A DNA stretch of 64,000 nucleotides, taken from Chloroflexia bacterium (lineage in GTDB: Bacteria > Chloroflexota > Chloroflexia > QHBQ01 > JAICKM01). The position numbers and the translations under genes were made by a program. Where the stretch lies: the NCBI GenBank assembly GCA_038228295.1, contig JBBRPH010000027.1, positions 375 through 64,374 on the forward strand, read 5' to 3'. The first letter of the stretch is position 1. Each line of letters begins with the position of its first letter. Shown in pieces: positions 19,129 through 28,406 of this stretch. Below the pieces are notes generated by a model. The model was given only the letters and a program-made list of their open reading frames with translations, was not told where the DNA came from and did no database searches.

Positions 19129-21291
19129 TCAGGGCAGCCAGCCGCGTGCGCGCACGGTATCTACCCCCAACAAGCCCAACAAAACCTCGTTCGGCGTGCC
19201 GGCGAACTCCGGATGTAGCTCAAAGCGATTACGTTGGAAATACTGCACTGTATAGGTTTTGCCGTTGGTCGTGTTGGCTTCCTGGAACTCCTCGCTGATC
19301 GGGTAGCCGAACACGGCCAACCCACCGTGGCTTTGCCAATAAGCTAGGAACGCGCCGCTCAGGTTGTGCTGCACCGGCGGGAACCACTGGTGGGTCGCGT
19401 CGGTCGGCTGCGGTGTACCGGGCAGGAAGGTGCGGCCCTTCGAGGTCTCTACCCCCAGCAGGCCCAACAGCACTTCATTGGCGCTACCAGCAAACTCCGG
19501 GTGCAACTCGAAGCGATTACGCTGGAAGTATTGCACCGTGTAGAGTCGGCCGTCGGTGGCACTCTGCTCCTGAAATTGCTCACTGATCGGATAGCCGAAG
19601 ATCGGCAGTCCGCCATGGGCTTGCCAGTAGGCCAGGAACGGCCCGCGCAGCGTGTGCTGCACCGGCGCAAAATAGGTGGGATCGGTGCTGACATTGGCGG
19701 GTGCAGGCACACCGTCAAAAGCCGGCGGGCGCGCCAGAGCCAGCGTGAAGTTGGCCTGCGCCCCGTTGCCGGCCGATCCACCCACTTCCACTGTCTGCGG
19801 CGCGGGAAAGCCGAAGCCGCCGCTTTTGATCGCCAACTGTACGGTGTATTTACCGGCCGGCAGCCCATCGAACACATAGAGGCCCGACGCATCCGGCTGG
19901 ATGTCGCGCGGCGGACTGCCGTTCTGCGGCAACAGCAACACATCCACCAGGGCCGGATCAATGCCCGTCACAGTGCCTTGCACCTTTGAACCGCCGGCCG
20001 GGCCGGGGGCGGGCTTGGGCGGCGGGCTGCCGGGCTTCGGTCCGGCCGGGGCTTGCTGCAACGCCCGTAGTAAGTTGATGCGACCCCAGCCCGCTTTCTG
20101 ATCGAAGCCGGGGTCGCCGATGTCGTCCGCCGTCTGCTGCAACAGCAGTTGCACCTGCTCCGGGGTCAGGTTCGGGTTCACCGACAGGATCAGCGCCGCC
20201 GCGCCGGCCACCATCGGGCTTGCCATCGAGGTGCCGCTTTCGCTCTCATAGTCCGGCTTGCGGTCGCGCACCCACGTACTCAAGATATTAATGCCCGGTG
20301 CGGCCACATCCACATAGTCGCCATACGACGAGAAGCCCGCCACACTGTCGCGGCGGCTACTCGCACTCACCGCGATCACTTCGTCGTAGCCGCCGGGATA
20401 TTCGGGCCGCCCGTCCGGCGTATTGCCGGCCGCCACAACGATAGTCACGCCTTTGCTGCGCGCATATTTGATCGAGTCATGTTCCGCGTCGGTGCCGAAG
20501 TCGGCGCCGGCACTGATGTTGATCACCCGCGCGCCGTTATCCACCGCCCAGCGGATGCCCTGCGCGAAGTTGTAGGTGGAACCGGCTCCCTGCGCGTTCA
20601 ACACCTTGACCGGCAGGATCTTCGTTTGCCACGAAATGCCGGCAATGCCGATACCGTTGTTGCCCGCCGCGCTGGCGATACCGGTCACATGGGTGCCGTG
20701 TCCATTGTCGTCATAGGGGTCTTCATTATTTGAGACAAAATTATGCCCCGGCAGGATACGCCCGGCAAACTCCGGGTGGTTGGTTGCCAGGCCGGTATCC
20801 AGGATCGCCACGATCAGGTCGGGGTTGCCGGTGCTGATGTCCCACGCCGGTTGCGCTTGCAGTGCGGTCAGCCACCATTCCTGATCGGCATAATGCTCAT
20901 CGTTCGGGGTCATCAAGAGGTGCATCGGGTAATCCGGCTCGGCATAGGCCACCGCCGGATTCGTGCGCAAGGCTGCCACCGCCGCCGCCACGTCGAGGTT
21001 GGCGCTACCCTGCAATAGATACAGACCGTTGCCCGCCGTCGCCGCTTGCGCCTGCAAGCCCCACTGCGCCAATAACCCGCCCATCAGGCCCAGCGCGTGG
21101 GTATCACGCAGTTGCACCACCACACGCCCCGGCAACCAATCCGCCGCCGTGCCTTGTGGCCCACGTACATTCACCGCCGGGGCCGCCGGGTGCGCCGCTG
21201 CGCCGCCCGATCCTAATCCCGTCCCCAGGCTCAGGGCCAGCACTAGCCCCGCCGCCACCCGGCCTATCGGCCGTCGCCACCAATCATGCAT
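19129..21291 (-). CDS. S8 subtilisin-like serine protease with C-terminal Chloroflexi-type repeats
   Basis: ILDTG, HGTHVTG, GTSMASP catalytic triad; two GGLxxFGYPISE..VQYFQRNRFELHPE repeats; GGAGG RBS before MHDWW. Confidence 0.93.
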   Translation of the reverse strand: MHDWWRRPIGRVAAGLVLALSLGTGLGSGGAAAHPAAPAVNVRGPQGTAADWLPGRVVVQLRDTHALGLMGGLLAQWGLQAQAATAGNGLYLLQGSANLDVAAAVAALRTNPAVAYAEPDYPMHLLMTPNDEHYADQEWWLTALQAQPAWDISTGNPDLIVAILDTGLATNHPEFAGRILPGHNFVSNNEDPYDDNGHGTHVTGIASAAGNNGIGIAGISWQTKILPVKVLNAQGAGSTYNFAQGIRWAVDNGARVINISAGADFGTDAEHDSIKYARSKGVTIVVAAGNTPDGRPEYPGGYDEVIAVSASSRRDSVAGFSSYGDYVDVAAPGINILSTWVRDRKPDYESESGTSMASPMVAGAAALILSVNPNLTPEQVQLLLQQTADDIGDPGFDQKAGWGRINLLRALQQAPAGPKPGSPPPKPAPGPAGGSKVQGTVTGIDPALVDVLLLPQNGSPPRDIQPDASGLYVFDGLPAGKYTVQLAIKSGGFGFPAPQTVEVGGSAGNGAQANFTLALARPPAFDGVPAPANVSTDPTYFAPVQHTLRGPFLAYWQAHGGLPIFGYPISEQFQEQSATDGRLYTVQYFQRNRFELHPEFAGSANEVLLGLLGVETSKGRTFLPGTPQPTDATHQWFPPVQHNLSGAFLAYWQSHGGLAVFGYPISEEFQEANTTNGKTYTVQYFQRNRFELHPEFAGTPNEVLLGLLGVDTVRARGWLP

Positions 21292-21644
21292 AAGATCTTT
21301 GCCTCCGTATGGACCATCATTGCTACCGTAAGCCGCGCCCCGACCCACCAAAAAGGGTCCCGCACCATCATTGTCCGAGACCCATCGCTAGTATAACAAC
21401 ATCCGCTCGATTCCCCAACCCCCTAGGCCAAAGCTTTATGCAACGCTTATAGATCCGCTGTCAATCCTTATGCGCTACTTAGTGCCGCTGCTCAATCCAC
21501 CCAGCCCTGTTGCGGTAACAGACAGCCAATACGATCAGATCCCCTATACGTTGCTATTAAAGCATAGAACGGTCTTTGAAAGCGTGGGACAAAGTGATAC
21601 AAAAAGGAGCACAAAAAGTAGTACGGCTCGGTAAGAACTCCCCA

Positions 21645-23498
21645 TCAGCGCACCACCGCCGTCACCCGCAACGCCGCGCCACACACTAGCCCCAACGCTG
21701 CCGCAATCGCCGGGGCCAACTCGCCCTGGATCGCATCACGCATATAGGCCGCCGGCACGCCCAGCACCGCCCGCCCGCCGGCCGGGTCCAGGCTCAACAA
21801 CACCGCATAGCGCAGCACTCGCCCATAAGTTTCGGCCGGCAGGCCCACCCGCAAATGGATTAACGCCGCCTGCCACAGCCGCCCACACGCTGCCCCGGCC
21901 AAGCCAGACTCGCCGGAAGCAGCAGTATCCTCAGCCGGTAACACAACCACAGCAGGCATTGCGCTCCCGACCGGCACAGCAAGCGGATTAACATTTTCCG
22001 CCAAAGTGCTTTGTGCTTCCGTGCGGCGCTGTGGGGCTAAAGCTGCAGCGCTTCGCGGCGCTTCGTGTCCCGGCGTTGCTTCAGGAGCCGACTCCGCCGA
22101 CCGCCCACGCCGCCGCACCAGGCTCGTAAAATAGGCGCCTGGCCGGCTCACGCGGCCTTTCGCTTGTGCCCGCAGCGTGGCTTGAATGGCCCACTCGTAC
22201 AGGTCGGGTCCGTGATCGGCCACACACTGCCGGTGCCACTCACGACTGCCTACATCGTTCAGTGCCGCAGTGCCCCAATCCAGCAGGGCCGTGGAGTCCT
22301 CCGCACTCAGCGGTGTTCCGGCCGAGGCCAGTGCGCCGTTAACGTTCGTAGATTCATCCGTTTTAACGGATTCACGATTAACGTTAACGAGTGTGCCCGT
22401 GAGTCCGCCTAGTGCGGACTCCTGTCCCAGGTCCACTCCGCCTAGTGCGGACTCCTTGCCCAGCGCCGCGCCTATACCCGCCTCTTCGCCGATCCTGCCT
22501 CCGCCCGATGCGGACTCGTTCGACTCCGCCCAATGCGGACTCCCCGTTCCGCCGACTCCGCCCGATGCGGACTCCATTTGCCGACCCTGCCCGATGGGCC
22601 ACGTCGTGCCGGTTTCGAGGCCGCACGGAGCGGACTCCTGCCGTACTTCTATAGCAAGCCCGATCTCCGCACTCGTAACGAGTCCGCTTGATGCGGAGTC
22701 CGCCTGGATCTCCATAATCCCCCCAGGTATACCCACTCCGCCTGCTGCGGACTCCCCTACCCCGGTTCCCTCCATTATAGGCACGGCACACGGGGGGTTA
22801 GATCCCCCTGTTTCCATTCCGTATTCAAACGTGCTTTGGCGCGCAGGCGCCAAGCGCGCACGATAACTGCCTGGTGCAGTTAGCCGCCGGCCGTCCACGA
22901 GCGTCGCCACGCCGGCGCGGTCCCGTGTGACACGATAGGCGCGGCCCAAGATAGTGGTCAAGCGTGTCAACTCCGTCGTGGGGCCGAGCGGGGCGAGCGG
23001 GATGGTTAGCCAGCCGGTGTGTTTGCGGGTCCAAACGTCGGCATCAAAGAGCAGATACTCCAGCAAGCCTAGCGATGGCAGTGGTAGTCCCCGTGTCACT
23101 CGGTACAACTTCTGCTTGCCGCGTGGAATCTCTACTTCTTCCACCTGCACCAAGCCGCAGGTCAGTAGCAGGTTGCTGTAGCGGGCAATCGTGTCCTGGG
23201 AGGTGTCCAAATAGGCGGCCAGTGCAGTCTGTGTGCAATGCGCCCACCCGAAATGAGGATGACCAGGGGTAGTCTCCTCAAAGCTGTGCAACGCCAGCAG
23301 CAGCCCCAACCCGGTCGGCTTCAGCAGTGGCCCCCACTCTCGCACCAGCGCGGGACTGATCTCGCCCACCGGTGGATAAGCGGATCGCGCCGCCGGGTGG
23401 GCCGTCCCTGCCGAGGTCGGCGAGGCGCTATGGGGGAATATAGTGGGCGCGCTCTCTTTTGCGCTAGGATCGCTGATAATCGCTGGTTTGCCGCGCAT
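21645..23498 (-). CDS. Putative replication initiator (N-terminal wHTH, central iteron-encoded region, C-terminal DnaA-N-like domain)
   Basis: CTQTALAAYLDTSQDTIARYSNLLLTCGLVQV wHTH; SRPGAYFTSLVRR motif; C-terminal LWQAALIHL..ETYGRVL..AVLGVPAAYMRDAIQGELAPAIAAAL resembles DnaA domain I; sits directly downstream of parAB. Confidence 0.72.
   Translation of the reverse strand: MRGKPAIISDPSAKESAPTIFPHSASPTSAGTAHPAARSAYPPVGEISPALVREWGPLLKPTGLGLLLALHSFEETTPGHPHFGWAHCTQTALAAYLDTSQDTIARYSNLLLTCGLVQVEEVEIPRGKQKLYRVTRGLPLPSLGLLEYLLFDADVWTRKHTGWLTIPLAPLGPTTELTRLTTILGRAYRVTRDRAGVATLVDGRRLTAPGSYRARLAPARQSTFEYGMETGGSNPPCAVPIMEGTGVGESAAGGVGIPGGIMEIQADSASSGLVTSAEIGLAIEVRQESAPCGLETGTTWPIGQGRQMESASGGVGGTGSPHWAESNESASGGGRIGEEAGIGAALGKESALGGVDLGQESALGGLTGTLVNVNRESVKTDESTNVNGALASAGTPLSAEDSTALLDWGTAALNDVGSREWHRQCVADHGPDLYEWAIQATLRAQAKGRVSRPGAYFTSLVRRRGRSAESAPEATPGHEAPRSAAALAPQRRTEAQSTLAENVNPLAVPVGSAMPAVVVLPAEDTAASGESGLAGAACGRLWQAALIHLRVGLPAETYGRVLRYAVLLSLDPAGGRAVLGVPAAYMRDAIQGELAPAIAAALGLVCGAALRVTAVVR
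22401..22754. repeat. Eight 21-bp quasi-palindromic iteron-like repeats inside the rep ORF
   Basis: Units (consensus GASTCCGC-N5-GCGGACTC) start at 22401, 22434, 22497, 22522, 22554, 22617, 22680 and 22734. Confidence 0.85.
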
Positions 23499-23583
23499 AG
23501 GTCAATCCTCGTATGAGGGTACATGACCGGCAGGCGGGCCGCACACAGAGTAAACGCTCCCCCTCCTATCGCCGCCGTTGCCC

Positions 23584-23612
23584 TTGACAAGGGATCAAAA
23601 CTGCGGTATGAT
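23584..23612 (+). promoter_or_regulatory. Sigma70 promoter, antisense to the parAB-rep direction
   Basis: TTGACA-17 bp-TATGAT with no protein ORF downstream on this strand. Confidence 0.75.
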
Positions 23613-23615
23613 AGG

Positions 23616-23805
23616 CGTGCAGGGTCTGGAAGCGGCTGTTAAAAGCCCTCCCACTACGCAAGTAGCGGACTTCCAGGATGACGCACTGACGGGAAGAGTT
23701 TACCGGCCACGCTTGCCAGGGTTAAGCCGATAGCTCCTCGGATGACAACAGTGTTGTGAAACCTGCTTTGAGAGGACTCGGGTGACGGCCGAGTCCTTTC
23801 TGTTT
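23616..23805 (+). ncRNA. Candidate small structured RNA (counter-transcript or 6S-like)
   Basis: Bracketed by a near-consensus promoter and a terminator; foldable (CTGGAAG/CTTCCAG, CTAC-GCAA-GTAG GNRA loop); no ORF. Confidence 0.55.
23770..23805 (+). terminator. Intrinsic terminator of the candidate sRNA
   Basis: GAGAGGACTCGG-GTGACGG-CCGAGTCCTTTC stem then TGTTT. Confidence 0.7.
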
Positions 23806-23891
23806 GCCCAGTTTCACCTCTTGCCCCAGGCTTTCCTCCATTACATATACAAAATCAAACGGCGCGCCGCCGCTACAGCCCTCGTGTACCA

Positions 23892-25130
23892 CTAACGTTT
23901 CCGGCTCTTCGGCACCGGCTGCACGTGCCGGGTTGTGATCGTCGGTGCTTCCGCTGTTTGGGCGGCGGCCGCTGGGATTATGGGGGCGCTGCCATACGGC
24001 AGCATCACGGCCAAATGATGCGGTAGCGGCTCGCCCTCGTAACCGGGATCGCCCAGCCGCTCTTTTTCCTCAATGTACTCCATCGCCGCACGTAACTGGG
24101 CGCGTAGCCGTACCATCGGCTCTAGCACCGCGTCCAGGTCGCGTACCTGCTGCCGGTTCAGCGGTACTTCCGTGTCTGCGCCCGGCTCGCCCAGGATCAT
24201 ATCGGCCTGCCGCAAAACGCCCATTAACAGTTCAATGCGTCGCTGCGGGTCGCCGTCCTCAAAGGCTGGTAGCACACTATCGGCCGTGGGTTCCGGGGGG
24301 ACGGGGGTGGCGGGTGTCGCCGGCTCCTTGTCGGTGCGGCCGGCTTTTCGGCGGGCCTGGGGTGGCCCGGCTCCCGCCTCGTCCCCGTTCAGCACCTGCG
24401 CCACAGCCCGCTCTACGGGCAGGCTCCGTTGCTCCTTCAGCAACTCCGCCGTCGCCAGTGTTTGCCGCCCGCTCAGGTCGTGGGTTTTGATCGCTTCAGC
24501 TAAGGCCAGTTGTACCGCCGGGTCATAGGCGACCCGTGTCAAGCCGCGCGTGCGGACTTCGGTTAATTCGCCGCCCAATAACTGCTCAATAGTTGGGTCG
24601 AGGTTCAGCATCGCCATAAAGTTTCGCACTGTGCGCCCTGACAGGCCCAACCGCTTTCCTACAAACTCATCCAACTCGTTTGATGACAGCACGGCGGCTT
24701 CCTGGGCCAGATCGTCGCGGATCTCGGTGATCGCTCGCGCAAACTCCAAATCGCTTAGGTCTTTGCGTTGACGGTTCTCGATCACTCGGTCCAGCCGCAT
24801 CTCGGTATCGGCCAGGTTCACCACTAGCGCCGGCACGGCATCCAGTCCTGCTTCGCGTGCCGCTCGTAGTCGCCGCTCGCCGGTCACGACGAAATAGCCG
24901 CCCTCATCGCGCCGCTGCACCGTGATGGGCTGCAAAATGCCTCGCTCACGCACCGACGCCGTGAGTTCGGCCATCGCTTCTGCATCGAAGTGCTTGCGTG
25001 GCTGGCGCGGATCAGTGTGGATCAAGTCGGTGTTGATCAGCTTGGCATCTTTAAGCGGCTGCACCCCCTCTTCGGGACTGGCCTGCATCAGCCCTTGCCA
25101 CGCACGTTGCGGCACGCGAGATCGGCTCAT
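23892..25130 (-). CDS. parB: ParB/RepB-family partition protein (plasmid-type, long C-terminus)
   Basis: QPRKHFD, GILQPITV, GERRLRAA, ENRQRKDL; the HTH region differs from Spo0J-type specificity residues. Confidence 0.9.
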   Translation of the reverse strand: MSRSRVPQRAWQGLMQASPEEGVQPLKDAKLINTDLIHTDPRQPRKHFDAEAMAELTASVRERGILQPITVQRRDEGGYFVVTGERRLRAAREAGLDAVPALVVNLADTEMRLDRVIENRQRKDLSDLEFARAITEIRDDLAQEAAVLSSNELDEFVGKRLGLSGRTVRNFMAMLNLDPTIEQLLGGELTEVRTRGLTRVAYDPAVQLALAEAIKTHDLSGRQTLATAELLKEQRSLPVERAVAQVLNGDEAGAGPPQARRKAGRTDKEPATPATPVPPEPTADSVLPAFEDGDPQRRIELLMGVLRQADMILGEPGADTEVPLNRQQVRDLDAVLEPMVRLRAQLRAAMEYIEEKERLGDPGYEGEPLPHHLAVMLPYGSAPIIPAAAAQTAEAPTITTRHVQPVPKSRKR

Positions 25131-25996
25131 GGCGCGGCCTGCCGTTTCGCCGGGCGCGGGGAGGTCGCGGCAGCATCCGGGCCACCGAAGCCCGGCGTGG
25201 TCGGCTCATCGGCCACAATCTCCGCCGCCAACTCCTGGTAGCATTTTGCTACCGGCGAATTACGCGCATACAGGCGGATCGGCACCCCCTGGCCCGGCGC
25301 TTCCGCCGCCACCACGCCGTAGCGGATGACCGACTTGAAAATGCGCCCGCGATAGACCTGCCCAATGTTCGTTAGGATCTCGCGGTTCAGATTGCTGCGC
25401 GAGTCGTACATCGTCGGCAGGATGCCCAGGATCTTGATCTCCGGATTAAGCTGCGCCACTTCGTTCACTGTGGTGATCAGCCGATGCACTCCGCGCAACG
25501 ACAGCAGGTGGGTCTGCAATGGGATCAGCACTTCGGTTGCCGCCACAAACGCATTCACGGTCAGCAGGGTCAAGCTCGGCGGGCAATCAATCAGGATGTA
25601 GTCGTAGCGGTCCAGCACCGGAGCCAGTGTGTCTTTCAGCACCCGTTCGCGCGTGTAGTTGCGGAACAGGTCCAACTCGGCCGCCGCTAGATCCAAGTTA
25701 GCCGGTACCAAGTCCATGCCCGCCACGGGGGTCGGGTGGATAATATCAAGGATGCTGCCCTCGCGCCGCACCATTACGTTGTACAGCGTCACATCTAAGT
25801 TGTCCGGATCTAGCCCCAGCGAGTAACTCGCCGCTGCTTGCGGGTCCAGGTCAATTAACAGCACACGCCGGCCCAGAACGGCCAGTTCGGCTCCCAGATT
25901 GACGGTGGTCGTGGTCTTACCCACGCCACCTTTCTGGTTGGCAATCGCGATAACCCGCGTCTTGGCTAGCGTCCGCCCCTGCCCAGTTTCGCTCAC
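25127..25996 (-). CDS. parA: ParA/Soj-family ATPase
   Basis: NQKGGVGKTTT, IDLDPQ, DCPPSL motifs; overlaps the parB start. Confidence 0.95.
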   Translation of the reverse strand: MSETGQGRTLAKTRVIAIANQKGGVGKTTTTVNLGAELAVLGRRVLLIDLDPQAAASYSLGLDPDNLDVTLYNVMVRREGSILDIIHPTPVAGMDLVPANLDLAAAELDLFRNYTRERVLKDTLAPVLDRYDYILIDCPPSLTLLTVNAFVAATEVLIPLQTHLLSLRGVHRLITTVNEVAQLNPEIKILGILPTMYDSRSNLNREILTNIGQVYRGRIFKSVIRYGVVAAEAPGQGVPIRLYARNSPVAKCYQELAAEIVADEPTTPGFGGPDAAATSPRPAKRQAAP

Positions 25997-26072
25997 GGCA
26001 ACCCTCTACTTAATAGTTAACCCAACTGCCTGCATCCGTCGCCCATAAACCCTGATCCGAACTCAGCACTCG

Positions 26073-26429
26073 TCAGGCCGCCGGGCTGCGACCTTCGCGG
26101 CTGATTACGCCCAACAGTTCTAACGCCCGGCGCAAGCTATTGGCGTGGAACTCTAATAAATAAGGATCGCGATCAATCAAGATGGCGCGAATCTCGACTA
26201 AGTGCAGCCCTGCCCGTTGCAACACCAGCACCCGCTCCAGCAGGTCTAGGTCGGCGGGCGTATACTGCCGCTTCCCTTCATCATCGGCCTCGCCGTCCGC
26301 TGCCCCGTCGCGCTGCACCCGCAAGTCTAACTGCTTCTCAATGTTGCGGAGTACGCGCGCCGTCGTCATTTGCCCTCGATCAGCCAACACTGCCAGGGCA
26401 TCTTGTGTACTGTAACCGCGACCTGTCAT
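26073..26429 (-). CDS. MerR-type HTH protein
   Basis: YSTQDA..TARVLRNIEKQLDL..GKRQYTPADLDLLERVLVLQRAGLHLVEIRAIL fits the MerR HTH/wing pattern. Confidence 0.7.
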   Translation of the reverse strand: MTGRGYSTQDALAVLADRGQMTTARVLRNIEKQLDLRVQRDGAADGEADDEGKRQYTPADLDLLERVLVLQRAGLHLVEIRAILIDRDPYLLEFHANSLRRALELLGVISREGRSPAA

Positions 26430-26612
26430 GTGCGTTCCCTGTGGTTCCTCTCGCCCAGCGCAGGCGACTATTTTCCCGTTGAGGCGTTTTGTCCCCTTAC
26501 ACAGCCAATTATAGCCGGTTTTTTTCCAGAGTCAAATCCCTACTACTCTAATGCGATGCCCATGTACTAACATATAGATAAGCCACCAGCCCCAACATGG
26601 TTGTCAGACCTA

Positions 26613-26641
26613 TTGACTTCATCTATGTTTTGCAGTAGTAT
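26613..26641 (+). promoter_or_regulatory. Sigma70 promoter of the ATPase-RHH pair
   Basis: TTGACT-17 bp-TAGTAT about 100 bp upstream of the ATG at 26743. Confidence 0.55.
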
Positions 26642-26742
26642 TAACATCAATGTCAAGGTGATAGCAGCGCATGGCAAGCGCAGGCCAGGTAAAAGAGACA
26701 CGCAATGACGGGCGCGTGGTCGGGTTTTATGAGAGGAACCGC

Positions 26743-27615
26743 ATGACGAGCCAGTACCAAAAACTAGCGATGGCTTTCTTCCATCCATCGTTGCGCGAAG
26801 ACCCCTTCAACCCCGAAGACAGCGCCCGCTATTTCTACCTCGCCGATCAGTACCGCGAAGCGCTCGACCTGCTCGTGCGCCACGTCTTGCGGCGTGGTGG
26901 CCTGTCCATCATCTACGGTGACGTCGGCCTCGGCAAAAGCAGCCTCATGGCAGTACTGCGTGGGCGCACGCGCAACAGTGACCTCTTCAAGAGCTTTGTC
27001 ATGGGTGAGATTCTTGATCCCTCGCAAGTTACGGATGCTGAGTTCACTCGCCAATTGCTGATCGCTTTCGACCAGAAGCCCTATGGTAGCACACGCTCCG
27101 AACTCAGCGAACAGTTCATCATCTTCCTGCAACGCCAGGCCCGTGAAGGTCGCGTGCCGCTGCTGGTGATTGATGAAGGCCAATGCCTTTCCTACGACGG
27201 CCTCGAACGGCTGCGGATCTTCCTCAACTATTCGCTGGACGACCACCGCATCCTCCAGATCGTCATCTTCGGCCAGCTTGAATTGCAGGAAAAGATCGCT
27301 AAAAAGCGCAATCTGGCCTCGCGCGTGCGGTTCACTATGACCCTTGCCCCGCTCAGTAGCGTTGCCCAGGTGCGCGAAATGATCGAATACCGCCTGCGGA
27401 CGGCGGGCCTGATTGACGGTGTGCAACTCTTCGCTGCCGGGGCCATTGAAGCTGTCTACAAACACTCCGGTGGCGTGCCGCGTCACATCGTGAACATTTG
27501 CTCGATGTGCTTCGACCAAGCACCGCGCCTCGACAAGCGCCAGATTGATGCCGACATGGTAGACCAGGTGGCCGCCCGCCTGATGCAAAAGGGAGCCTTG
27601 AACGATGGACGATGA
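26743..27615 (+). CDS. ExeA/GspA-like AAA+ ATPase (standalone)
   Basis: REDPF N-terminal motif, GDVGLGKS Walker A, LLVIDEGQ Walker B, IFGQLEL, SGGVPRHI; GAGAGGA RBS. Confidence 0.85.
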   Translation: MTSQYQKLAMAFFHPSLREDPFNPEDSARYFYLADQYREALDLLVRHVLRRGGLSIIYGDVGLGKSSLMAVLRGRTRNSDLFKSFVMGEILDPSQVTDAEFTRQLLIAFDQKPYGSTRSELSEQFIIFLQRQAREGRVPLLVIDEGQCLSYDGLERLRIFLNYSLDDHRILQIVIFGQLELQEKIAKKRNLASRVRFTMTLAPLSSVAQVREMIEYRLRTAGLIDGVQLFAAGAIEAVYKHSGGVPRHIVNICSMCFDQAPRLDKRQIDADMVDQVAARLMQKGALNDGR

Positions 27616-27997
27616 GAATTACAACCGCTCGTCACGCGGCTGGATCGAAGATCAGATGGCGAACGACCGCGCCCGTGAGGGCGAAGGCCGCCTCAAGCAG
27701 GTTGCCGTCTACTACTATCCCAAGCAACTCATCCCGTTGGACGAGCATCTCTCACGCCTCAACAGCCGCACACGTGCCTATGACGGCCTCAAAATCAACC
27801 GCAGCACCTATTTGCGGCTCTGCGGTGCGGTCCTGATGGATCTCCTTAGCGACCCGGCTTTCGCCGGTAATATGTTTGAGCGTCTTTACGATGAAGCGGA
27901 GCTGGAACATCGCCTGCGCGAACGTCTGCGTGACCTGCTTGAACTGCAACGCGCCTATCAGGAAGGTTCCCTCCGCCCCGTTCTGCCTGACTTGTAG
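27605..27997 (+). CDS. Small protein with possible ribbon-helix-helix DNA-binding motif
   Basis: KQVAVYY (strand), PKQLIPLDEHLSRL (helix), INRSTYLRL (helix); overlaps the ATPase stop. Confidence 0.55.
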   Translation: MDDENYNRSSRGWIEDQMANDRAREGEGRLKQVAVYYYPKQLIPLDEHLSRLNSRTRAYDGLKINRSTYLRLCGAVLMDLLSDPAFAGNMFERLYDEAELEHRLRERLRDLLELQRAYQEGSLRPVLPDL

Positions 27998-28406
27998 AAC
28001 CTGTATCCTCGGCATTGCTCACTGAACCCCTAATAGCATAATAAGCTAATATACTAATAAATCGGTCTGCCCGTACAGTTTCGTCTTTCCTGTATGTGCA
28101 ACGCTGTGCCCAATTAAACACAAACAACCTGCCCCCAACCTCTTGGAAAAATCCTCTCGTAACGCTATATTGCCCTAGGATGAGCTTTACATAATATACC
28201 AATATGGTTATTACTATTTTATCGGCAATTAGCTTTTCAGTGTGCTCAACAGTATAGGGTTTTACGGTAGCTTACTCAGATAATTGCTTGTGTTATGTAA
28301 ACCTAATTTATCGCAGCTTCTCACAATTGCCGTAAATCCTAGAATAGCGTGTCTATATATGCGTAACTGATCCATTTGTCTGCGTGTGCTGGCAATTGTT
28401 GCTAAT

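Noticed and set aside
22401-22754. CRISPR array
   Set aside because: The units are 21 bp, irregularly spaced (25-63 bp) and inside an open ORF, and no cas genes are present.
23739-23763. Hammerhead ribozyme core (CGGATGA..stem..GAAAC)
   Set aside because: It misses the CUGANGA consensus and the G-C pair closing stem II.
27846-28202. 118-aa minus-strand ORF in the AT-rich tract
   Set aside because: It overlaps the RHH-like gene antisense, has no RBS and no recognisable motif.
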